From Octopus vulgaris (taxonomy: Eukaryota), in contig OX597836.1 in NCBI GenBank assembly GCA_951406725.2, positions 9,982,001 through 10,046,000 of the forward strand: a stretch of 64,000 nt of DNA, in the 5' to 3' direction. Of the stretch, positions 53,207-64,000 are shown piece after piece. A model generated the notes under the pieces. That model did no database searches. It had not been told where the DNA came from and saw only the letters and a program-made list of their open reading frames with translations. The first letter of the stretch is position 1, and each line of letters opens with the position of its first letter. The position numbers were made by a program, and so were the translations under genes.

Positions 53207-53610
53207 CCGCTCTCTCTCTCTCTACCTCCCTCTCTCTCCCCCCCCTCGCCCCCCCTATCTCTCTTCAAAATACCCACTCAACATAAACCTTAAAAACTCG
53301 CCCGCTGTTTTGCGCATGCGTTGCTGCCAACAAAACCAGCAGACGACACGAGGGAGTGAGGGCCTCGATGTAATTCGTCGACATGCTAGAAATAACAACC
53401 AAACCTTCGTGTAGTTAGTTGGATGCAAGGGAAGATTTAGTACACATACACTCGTTTATCACCGATTGATTCATCGCTGATGACATGATGTGCTCGATTA
53501 TGCTTTTTAGGAATTGATTTATAACAACATGGGTCAGCAATCAGTCGTCGATTCTGCTCGTACGAATTTTTTGTAAAGGTGTATGTAACTTTTACCCATC
53601 AAGATGGAAG

Positions 53611-54242
53611 CGGTGGTTCTCAACCATTTTTTACCGATGGATTCCTTTGATTCCTGTTTTATTCTGCTAACACCTCATAGCTATTGGATATTTAAAAAAA
53701 TCCTATTATCTCTGTATATATATAGCTGAAGTTGTCTGTGTATGGCAGGTTTGGTAGCCTTCTACTAACACTATCTCCTCCGAGACCCTGCGGCACAAGT
53801 TGACCAAAATTGAGAGTATGATAGAAGAAGGCTTGCTCTTCATTCCGTACAAGAAAAAATTCAAATCAGACCATGTTAACACCAAAAATTATTTACATCA
53901 AAAAGATGCTTTTTTCTATGAAAATCCGTATTTTTTTACGATTTTTTGACTGCTGTGTCACCATTTTTTTGGTGTATTTCAACCTGAAAAATGTTCACTG
54001 AAAGAGCTACATAATGCAAAATTTTTACTTTTCAAAAATTTCAATTCTAAAGGGTCGAAACAAACCCGAGCAACGCCGGGCGATACTGCTAGTATTTTAA
54101 TAATTCAATATTATTCGGAATTGTATTAAAAAATTGTCAAAATATTTTGCGTTTTGTAGAAGTATAACTAATTTATTGCTCATAAATTTTAACAACGAAA
54201 TCTTATTTGGACTCCCAAATGGACTCTGGTTGAGAACCAATA
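53611..54242. mobile_element. hAT/Charlie-like MITE interrupted by a Helitron
   Basis: TIRs CGGTGGTTCTCAACC...GGTTGAGAACCAAT resemble the CAGTGGTTCTCAACC Charlie/MER5-type termini. A related end fragment is at ~62190-62270. Confidence 0.65.
53709..54092 (+). mobile_element. Non-autonomous Helitron-like element nested in a hAT MITE
   Basis: A|TC...CCCGAGCAACGCCGGGCGATACTGCTAG|T. Confidence 0.8.
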
Positions 54243-54284
54243 TTGTGCAGGAAAAGTGTATTTTCTGGAGGGATCAAGAAAATA

Positions 54285-54745
54285 CGCGACGGTGGAAGCT
54301 TTGCCGCTGTGAGTCGCAATTTTAGTGCCAATGAATCAACCATTCGATTTTACAAAGGGCGTAGAGATGATTCATTAATCGCTGCTTTTTAGCACCAAAC
54401 TCCCGCGATAAACCAGGATAGAAATTACGTAATGGTTGAAGCTTTGCTGCTGTATGTCGCAATTTTGGAGTCGATGAATCTGCTATTCCTTTTTACCAAG
54501 GATATAGAGGCGATTCATTTATCGCTGTTTTTGTTTATTTGTTTGTTTGTTTTTGTTGTTTTTTTTTGCAACAAACTCCGGCGATAAACGAGGATAGAAA
54601 TTTATGTGACGGTGGAAGCTTTGCTACTGTAAGTCACAATTTTTGCTGTTCCCGAATCTGCCGTTCATTTCTACAAAGGGCGTAGAGATGATTCATTTAC
54701 CACTGCTTTTTTGACGCCAAACTCCAGCGATAAACGAGGATAATT
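54285..54745 (+). repeat. Triplicated Tigger/pogo-like HTH fragment
   Basis: Three diverged copies (~54288, 54430, 54608) of GGTGGAAGCTTTGC.GCTGT.AGTCGCAATTTT. The first translates GGSFAAVSRNFSANESTIRF, like the pogo/Tigger psq-HTH. Confidence 0.55.
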
Positions 54746-55025
54746 ATATAAGGAAAAAAAAACCCCTGGTGGTGAAGTGTTTGAGTGTAAACATTTGAGA
54801 CGACTGATATCAACAGCAGACAAATGAATTACTGGAATCGTCACTTAACTCTGTTGAATTCCGTGGAGATTCTGTCTTTGGATAAACTTGTATCGAATTC
54901 TTGGTTAGCTGAGTCTCCACCTCATGGAGTGGGGTTCCTTTTGTGTATAAACAGTTCAAATGACGCTGTTGTTGTTGTTGTTTAGCTATGATCGATCGAG
55001 CGGGCCTTTGCACGACCAGGGACAC

Positions 55026-55075
<50 letters not shown>

Positions 55076-57668
55076 GTGTGTATCTGTATGTATCTGTGTG
55101 TGTATCTGTATGTATCTGTGTGTGTGTGTATCTTTATGTGGATCTGTGTGTGTGTATCTGTATATATGTGTGTATGTATGTATGTATGTGTGTGTCTGTA
55201 TGTATGTGTGTATCTGTGTATGTGTGTGTGTGTATCTGTATGTATCTGTGTGTGTGTGTGTGTATACTTCTGCAAATTTGCTTGTGTATTTTATGCCTGT
55301 GTATTTCTAAGTGTATGTACGCCTATGTGTGTACGTATATTTGTATATGTATGTGCATGCGTGTGTATGCATGCATATGTGCGTACGCACGTATGTGTGC
55401 ATCTGTGTGTGTGTGTGTGTGTGCTTCTGTACGTATGCGAGTGTATTCATGTCTGTATATCTCTGAAGGTATGTACGCGTGTGTATGTATGAATACCTGC
55501 ATATATATGTACATGAGTGTGCATGCACGCATATACGTATACGTATGTGTGTGTGTGTGTGTGTGTGTGCGTGCGCGCGTGTACCCTAACACAACACACG
55601 GTGAACTGTAGCCAATACAATGGTCTTCCCAACGGGTCAGCAACGAGATCAAAGAAATTCGTTTGATCTCGCTCCCCGTGCACTTTTTAATCTTTCCTGT
55701 CTCACGGTTTCTTCTTCTTTCAACTCTCTCTTTCTCTCTCTCTCTCTCTCATTCTGTCCCCTTACTGTCTCTAACTACCAACAATTATCTGTCTTTCTGT
55801 CCCCTCTCTTTCACTCTATCTTTCGTTCTATCTTACACACATCAACAGATTGTCCTTCAATCAATTCTGAATCTACTCACAAAATACAAATCACCAATAT
55901 ATGCAATAAGACATGGCGGCGAGGTGGCAGAATTGTTAACACGCCGGGCATTTCGTCCGTCTTTACGTTCTGAGTTCAAATCCCGCTGAGGTCTACTTTG
56001 CCCTTCATCCTTTCTGGGTTGATTAAATAAGTACCTGTTGTGCTCTGGGGTCGATGTAATCGACTTACCACCATCTCCATCCGAAATGGCTGACCTTGTG
56101 CCAAAATCTGATCTCAATATATTGAATAAACAAGGCAGCAAGCTTTGAGACCGCGACCAGTTCACTGACTTCAGGTCGCGGTCTCGAAGCGACGAAAATA
56201 TTTTGGCAAATTAAATTTAAATTTTGAAGTGAATCTAAATAGTATATAAAATTTTATCTAAATATCATAAATAAATAAGCACGGGAGTGGCTGTGTAGTC
56301 AGTAGCTTGCTTACCAACCACATGGTTCTGTGTGGCACTTTTGGCAAGTTTCTTCTACTAAAGTCTTGTGAGTGGATTTGATTAAGTGGAAACTGAAAGA
56401 AGCCCATCGTATATCATCATCAACATCATCATCATCATTTAACGTCCGTTTTCCATGCTAGCATGGGTTGGACGGTTCAACTGAGGTCTGGGAAGCCAGA
56501 AGGCTGCGCCAGGCCCAGTCTGATCTGGCAGTGTTTCTACAGCTGGATGCCCTTCCTAACGCCAACCACTCCGTGGCTTTTTACGTGCCACCTGCACAGG
56601 TGCCAGACGAGGCTGGCAAACGGCCACGATCGGATGGTGCTTTTTACGTGCCACCGGCATGGGCGTGCCACCGATGCTCATGTGTCTGTGTTTGTCTCCT
56701 CACCATTGTTTGACAACCGATGCCAGTGATTTTACATCTCTGTAACTTAGTAGTTTGGCAAAAGAGACCGATAGAATAAGTACTAGGTTTACAAAGAATA
56801 AGTCTCGGGATCAATTTGCTTGACTAAAGGCGGTGCTCCAACATGGCTGTAGTCAAATGACTGAAACAAGTAAAAGAGTATAAAATTAGGCTTCCATACA
56901 AGAAGGCATTGGTTGGCCTGGGGCTATAGTAGATGACACTTGCCCAAGGTGCTGTGCTGTGGGACTGAACTCAAGACCATATGGCTGCAGAATGACCTTC
57001 TTAAACTACAAAGCCATAGCGACATTTCAATTTTAATAATTTAAAATTTCTTGGTTGTTTTATAACAATAACCAAGAAGCAAGCTAGTGCCACACTTAAC
57101 TATGACATTTCCCCACAGCAAGCATCCCTGAGTTTTTTCCCTTTGTTTTTCTTTTTTTTGTTTTGTCTTTTGGGTCTTTTTTTTTGTTTTTGCCTTGGTT
57201 GGTCATTCTTGTAATCGTTAACATAGGTATGTCCTGAAACAGTGCAAACTGCTTACCAGCGCACTCGGACATGTCTTTGTCGCTTAAGGATGTCGTCTTA
57301 GTAAACATGGAAGCCTTCAGCCTAGTATAATCTGATTAACCGTTTTTACAAGCATAACTTAACCAAGAGAGAACGAGAGAGAAAGATAGAGAGAGAGAGA
57401 GGAGGAGGGAAGAGAACTGGTCTAAGGGATACACTCTTTCTCTTCCTCCCTCTCTCTCTTCCCCCTCCCTCCCTCATTCTATCTCTTTCTGTCTCACTCT
57501 GTATATTTTTATATCTCTGTCTCCTACTCCTGTTCTCTTGTTTAGCCAATCTCCTTTGTCCTGCAGGTTAATATCCCGACATTGAACATCACACGAAGCA
57601 CCTATCGTTATGGTCGCTATTTCAGTTAATCACCTATGTCAATATAACCACATATCCAAAGAAATGTA

Positions 57669-57719
<51 letters not shown>

Positions 57720-58082
57720 ATGTACAATCATAACACATGTATATATAAATAGTCACTTATACAGACACACGTATATACATACGTATACACACACACACAT
57801 ATTTATATATACATATATATATATACACACACGCACACACACACACATATATATATATAGATATATATATATACACACATGCTTATATGCTTACACACAC
57901 ACATATATATATATTTGTATATATTAGTGTACCTGTGTGTGCACACACAAATGTATATACATATATTTGTATACAAATATGTATCTATACATATATACAC
58001 ATACATACATACATACATACATACATACATACATGCATACGTACGTACATACATACATATATATACACATACATACATACAT

Positions 58083-58113
<31 letters not shown>

Positions 58114-58256
58114 TACATACATACATACATACATACATACATACATACATACACACACACATACATACATATATGTATGCATATGAACGTGATTGGAACC
58201 ATTCAAAAGCAATCCTACATCCAAAGAATATTCCTTGTTCAATAACTGACTTTGTG

Positions 58257-58389
58257 ATGGCAGCCAGTATTCCATCAAATCTAAGCCAGAATTTCAACAG
58301 AGACGGCTATGTCACCGGAATTCCTGTGCTGACTCAAACAGAAGTAAAAGAATTAGTACAGAATTTCAATGCACTGGAAAAAGAAATTG
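58257..58389 (+). CDS. PhyH-family (phytanoyl-CoA dioxygenase-like) Fe(II)/2OG dioxygenase, first coding exon
   Basis: MAASIPSNLSQNFNRDGYVTGIPVLTQTEVKEL...EIG carries the PhyH N-terminal F-x-x-DGY...VL motif. Donor G|GTAAGT, 133 nt, phase 1. Start ATG is the simplest model but is not proven. Confidence 0.8.
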
Positions 58390-58461
58390 GTAAGTAATTT
58401 GATTCCAGATCCTCTAATTTCGTTTAATTATTTTTGAGCCATGATATTTTTCTGTCTCTTC

Positions 58462-58548
<87 letters not shown>

Positions 58549-59044
58549 TTAAAAGCAGCAGAAAATTCAACAAAACCTGTTACTCTGAGTTTCACGTTCC
58601 CGTTCGGCGGACAGTTTTTGCTAGAATTCTAGCAAAAACTCAGAGTAACAGGTTTTGTTGAATTTTCTGCTGCTTTTAAATAAAGCATATTACTCTACCC
58701 CTGGTATTTGAGTACTCTTTTTTCCACCTTGTTTCACATTTATGTGTCTACTCCGGTATATATATATATATCATCATCATCATCATCATCATCATTTAGC
58801 GTTCGCTTTCCGTGCTAGCATGGGTTGGACGGTTCAACTGGGGTCTGTGAAGCCAGAAGGCTGCATCGGGCCCAGTCTGATCTGGCAGTGTTTCTACGGC
58901 TGGATGCCCTTCCTAACGCCAACCACTCCGTGAGTGTAGTGGGTGCTTTTTACATCTCACCCGCACAGGTGCCAGACGGAGGTGGCAAATGGCCACGAAC
59001 AGATGATGCTTTTACGTGCCACCGGCACGGGGGCCAGGCGTATG

Positions 59045-59094
<50 letters not shown>

Positions 59095-59643
59095 AATTCT
59101 ATAATCATGAGCATAATTATAATTAGGGTTCAGCAAAAATTTGCTTCACCTCATACCAAAATTTAGAAATAGCAGTTAAATACTATTCTACTACTATAAG
59201 ATATCTCTCAGACAGCAATACTCTGCAACTCACACAGGTAAAGAAGAGAAATAAATAACGAATCCATTATATAGCCAGAACAGGATAAGCTACCCCTATT
59301 TTGCAGAAAAAAGTGTTGGTAGCCAGTTTAGCATTATCCTACATTTCAGAATTTAAAATCACTTCTTTAACTTTCTAAGACATTTCAACATTTCTAAGGC
59401 AAGCTTCGTTTGTTTGTTTACGTTCATATATATATATATATATATATTACAGTTCTATATTTGAGAGATGAGGAATTATTTACATTATTTACATTTGATG
59501 GATATTTGTCCTCATCTTGTTTGTTGTTAACACAAGGATTTGGCTGATAAACTCTCCAGCCTTCATCAGATGTCTTGGGGAAATTTTGAACCTGGGTTCT
59601 CATTCCTAAGGTATTTTTCGATGTTGTTGTTATTATTATTATT

Positions 59644-59685
<42 letters not shown>

Positions 59686-59800
59686 ATTATTATTCAGGTC
59701 ACTGCCTGGAATCGAACTCGGTGAAAAGAATTAACATTTGATATGCAATGTAAAGCAAATTGCGTATTCTAATGGTTTCCATATCTTTTATATTCTTCAG

Positions 59801-60017
59801 GTAAAGAAAACTCGCAGTATTCTTTGCATAATGTTCACACCAAACTTCCCTGGGTGATGAAAATGGCAGCTCACCCTAACATCTTACACCCACTGCGTGC
59901 CATACTTGGTGACAATATCTTTGTGCTGGATTCCCGCTTCATATGCAAATACCCTGACAAAGAAAATTCACGGAAGGATGGTGCCAAGCAATATGTTGCT
60001 TGGCATCAAGATGTAAG
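59801..60017 (+). CDS. PhyH-family dioxygenase, coding exon 2
   Basis: Acceptor tattcttcag|, donor AG|GTAAGA; 217 nt, phase 1 to 2. Encodes ...HPNILHPLRAILGDNIFVLDSRFICKYP...YVAWHQDV(R), with the HxD iron-binding motif. Confidence 0.9.
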
Positions 60018-61754
60018 GTAAGAGATTCTTCTGGTCCCCCTGGGTGAAATACGGTGGAACTTCAGCTTACAAATTTAATTTGTTCCTGAAGGCTGTTCAT
60101 CAACCCTTTTTTTTGGAAGCACTCCGTCGGATTACGACGACGAGGGTTCCAGTTGATCCAAATCAACGGAACAACCTGCTCATGAAATTAACGTGTGAGT
60201 GGCTGAGCACTCCACAAACACGTGTACCCTTAACGTAGGTCTCGGGGATATTCAGCGTGACACAGAGAGTGACAAGGCCGGCCCTTTGAAAATACAGGTA
60301 CAACAGAAACAGGAAGTAAGAGTGAGAGAAAGTTGTGGTGAAAGAGTACAGCAGGGATCACCACCATCTCCTGCCGGAGCCTCGTGGAGCTTTAGGTGTT
60401 TTCGCTCAATAAATACTCACAACGCCCGAAACCGCGATCCTATGACCGCGAGTCCGCTGCCCTAACCACTGGGCCATTGCGCCTCCACGTTCATCAACCA
60501 ATATGCTTGTAAACTGAACCTATATTCCTCATAGGAACTTCAAGAGAAAGCATGAGGAATTCAAGCATGGATGTGCACAGAGCAAAAGCTAGACAGCAAC
60601 TGAGAGTGGAGGTGCAATGGCCCAGTGGTTAGAGCAGTGGACTCGCAGTTGTAAGAATGCAATTTCGATTCCCAGACCGGGCATTGTGAGTGTTTATTGA
60701 GCGAAAACACCTAAACTCCACAAGGCTCGGGGGTTGGGGGTTGGAAACCATGTTGTACTTTCTCTCACTCTTTCTTCCTACTTCTGCCACAAAGTAGAGG
60801 AACCATGGTGTAACCCACTATGGTGTGGTAAACTTTCAGACCCTAGTCTAGATTGCAAACCTTCTGTACCCCAAGATGGTTCAGCTCTCCACCCATTAAA
60901 AGCCACCATTTAAAGAATGAGAATAACAACGTAGCTTTTATGCCTGTGCAACCACCAGTCTGTCGCGTGTCGTGGTGGATCTTCAAGTTGCCACACGCAT
61001 TCTTAGTAGCTTAGAGTAGGCTCGAATTAGAGATTATTCTTTGTGGCTAATGGCGTGAGTCCTGATTGAAGAAGAAGAAGAAGAAGAAGAAGAAGAAGAA
61101 GAAGAAGAAGAAGAAGCAACAGCAGTGGCATCATAATCGCCACCACCACCAACACCACCACCACCACCACCACCACCACCACTACTATCATCATCAATGA
61201 CAACAACAACCCCAGTCCTAGACGCTGTTGTCTCAAGTCCTAGGACTCAGAGGTCCAGTTATCCAGGTTTCATGATGTATAAGTGAACAAAGATCACATT
61301 ACCCCTGGATGGGATGCAAATCCATTGCAGGGTAACTCATCTACAGCTGAGTGGACTGGACCAATATTAAATGCATTTTATGGTGGCGAGCTGACAGAAA
61401 CATTAGCACACCGGGCGAAATGCTTAGCAATTTCTTCTGTCTTTACGTTCTGAGTTCAAATTCCGTCGAGGTCGACTTTGCCTTTCATCCTTAAGCATTT
61501 AGCAGAGCCCACTCTATTGCAAGCATTTGGGGTTGGTTGCTGGTTTGGGGGTTATCTTCATAACCAGTTCTCTCTCCCTCTGGGCTTAGAGACCTTATAA
61601 AATGTAACGGGCACTATGCTCCTTTCTGATTTAAAAATAAAATAAAATAATAAAAAAGAGAAATTGAATAGCAATTTCTGGTAAAATTTATTTTTTATTG
61701 CTTTGGAATCAGTTAAGGATTTTTGAGAGAAACTGTTCAAATTTCTTTTGACAG

Positions 61755-61843
61755 GTATTGGGGAGTTGAAGGAATGGTAGTAACTGTATGGCTTGCTGTT
61801 GATAAAGCTGACATCGATAACGGTTGCATGCAAGTCATTCCAG
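61755..61843 (+). CDS. PhyH-family dioxygenase, coding exon 3 (gene continues beyond window)
   Basis: Acceptor ttcttttgacag|, donor G|GTACGT; 89 nt, phase 2 to 1. Encodes (R)YWGVEGMVVTVWLAVDKADIDNGCMQVIPG, the canonical PhyH TxWxAxD...NGCxxxIPG motif. This exon is missed by the ORF track. Confidence 0.9.
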
Positions 61844-62270
61844 GTACGTAGACAGTTCAATTTAATTCTTAATCCAACGTGATGTCTTTGACAAGTAGAA
61901 TAAGAAGTCTAGAATTTTGAGATATTCCTGCAGACATTTCTTTCCGTGTCTTTTCTTTTTCTGAATTATTGAAAGGAATTATAGAATTCTTCGACCTTTC
62001 TACTCAATGTAATTCTTTTAGATGTTTTCCTCCTTGGATTCCAACCATTTTGGATGTCCTGCCTTCAAGAGAGGATTTTGGACGATCATACTGACCCCTC
62101 CCCCTCCCCCCCCCCCTACAGACATGCCATACTTGCTACAGTTTGGTACTTATTTTATTGAATTGCTAAATCAGGTTTTCATCTTAGAACAAAGATTCTC
62201 AACTGGGGTCCACATAAAATTTTGTTGCTAAAATTTATCTCCAATAAAATGATTACACTCCTACAATACA

Positions 62271-62303
<33 letters not shown>

Positions 62304-62969
62304 TTAATGTCCGTTTTCCATGCTAGCATGGGTTGGATGGTTTGACGGTTCGACTGGAGTCTGGTAAGCCATGGAGGCTGCACTAGGCTCCAGAACTGAT
62401 GGAATAAGTATTAAGCTTACAAAGAATAAGTCCTGGGCTTGATTTCTGTGGCTGAAACGTTTTAAGGCACTGCTCCAGCATGGCCACAGTCAAATGGCTG
62501 AAACAAGTAAAACAAAGGAATATAGTTAATCTAAGAATACAGTATTACCGACCAATACCCAATGTGGAACTCACATTGGTGAGATCACCTGAGATGGATC
62601 TGTAACACGTTAAATATATTTGTGTGTGTGTGTGTGTATGTAGCTTTGGTACAGTTTCCATTTATAAAATTTCACCCACAAAGTACCAGTCGACCCTGTG
62701 AGCAGAGCAGAAGACAGCTTGTTCAAGTGAACGACTGATAATGCATGAATGCACTCAATGACATCACCGAACTGGATCTGGTCGATTTAGTTACGTAAGT
62801 GTTTCATAGTCAGCACAATGGCTTAGTAAAAACTACTGTATCACTTTCAGTCATTTTATTACTAAATGTTATTATTTGGCAAAAAAAAAAAAAAAAAATG
62901 GAATTAGCTGGTGAGCAAGACTGAACAAGCAACAGGCAGACTTCTGCTGCTGAGATTTTTATCAAACTA

Positions 62970-63372
62970 CTAACAGTATCGCCTGGCGTTGATCGGGTTT
63001 GTTTCGACCCTTTAGAATTGGAATTTTTGAAAAGTAAAAATTTTGCATTATGTAGCTTGTTATTCTCTTCAAGTGAACATTTTACTGGTTGAAATACACC
63101 GAAAAATGGCGACACAGCAGTAAAAAAAATCATTAAAAAATAGGGATTTTCATAGAAAAAAAGCACCTTTTTGATGTAAATAATTTTTGGTTTTAACATG
63201 GTCCGATTTGAATTTTTTCTTCTATGGAAGGAAGAGCAAGCCGCCTTCTATCATACTCTCAATTTTGGTCAACTTGCGCCGCAGGGTGTCGGAGGAGATA
63301 GTGTTAGTTGAAGGCTACCAAACCTCCCACACACACACACACAGACAACTTCAGCTTTATATATATATATAT
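62970..63372 (-). mobile_element. Non-autonomous Helitron-like element, with an extra 5'-end fragment at ~63436-63489
   Basis: Reverse copy of the same family, located in a PhyH-gene intron. Confidence 0.8.
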
Positions 63373-63926
63373 TTCTTAAGTGGAAACACGTGGCTCAGTG
63401 GTTAGGGTTTTGGACTTGTGATTTGAATTTTTTCAAAGGCTACCAAACCTGCCACACACAGACAACTTCAGCTATATATATATAGAGATTACATTCAAAG
63501 CATAGATCCATGAACTGTCAAGTCACATGCTTTACAATTCATTGCACACACACACACACACACACCCACACACACACATGGCAGTTAGCCCTTCCAGTTG
63601 CCATCACTTACCTTTTTTCCAAGCATGGTAATGTTTCGCCATGGCCAAACACATTTTTGCAGAATATTAGAAATGAACAACACCGCTTGTATAACAGTGA
63701 CACTCGTTTACAACAAGCAAACAAACATGCATATATATACGCTGAGCTTTGTTTGCATAGCTCTTGTCTGCCAAATTCACCCACGAGGCTTTGTCTGGCC
63801 TGGGGCCATAGTAGAAAATTCTTGCCCAAGGTGTCATGCGGCAGGATTAACCCCCCCACCCACTTAATCCATGTTGCAAAGAAGAAATTCGTTTGATCTC
63901 ACTCCCTGTGTACTTTTTAATCTTTC

Positions 63927-63961
<35 letters not shown>

Positions 63962-64000
63962 TATACCCTCATTGCTTGACTTCTTTTTTTCTTTTACATC

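Overview
Eukaryotic, AT-rich, microsatellite- and SINE-saturated genomic DNA. The SINE families look like those I recall from octopus (coleoid cephalopod) genomes; this host assignment is pattern recognition, not a search result. Nearly all ORFs in the supplied track are artefacts of (TA)n/(CA)n/(CAT)n repeats or SINEs. Two real spliced genes can be rebuilt by hand. (1) A complete 6-exon minus-strand ACOD1/IRG1-like cis-aconitate decarboxylase (MmgE/PrpD family; 41681->30476; 1566 nt, 521 aa) with intact catalytic motifs and a predicted basic N-terminal extension. (2) The first three coding exons of a plus-strand PhyH-family Fe(II)/2-oxoglutarate dioxygenase (58257->61843, continuing past the window), divergent from ACOD1. 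The rest is a layered mobilome: at least four SINE families, non-autonomous Helitrons, hAT MITEs (one with an 8-bp TSD and an adjacent empty site), and CR1, R4/Dong, RTE, Penelope, mariner, maT and Tigger fragments. There is also a 30-bp minisatellite with higher-order structure, a 185-bp tandem repeat and a ~0.9-kb tandem duplication. Six minimal hammerhead-ribozyme-like motifs with an extra core A are present, two of them in sense orientation in an ACOD1 intron.
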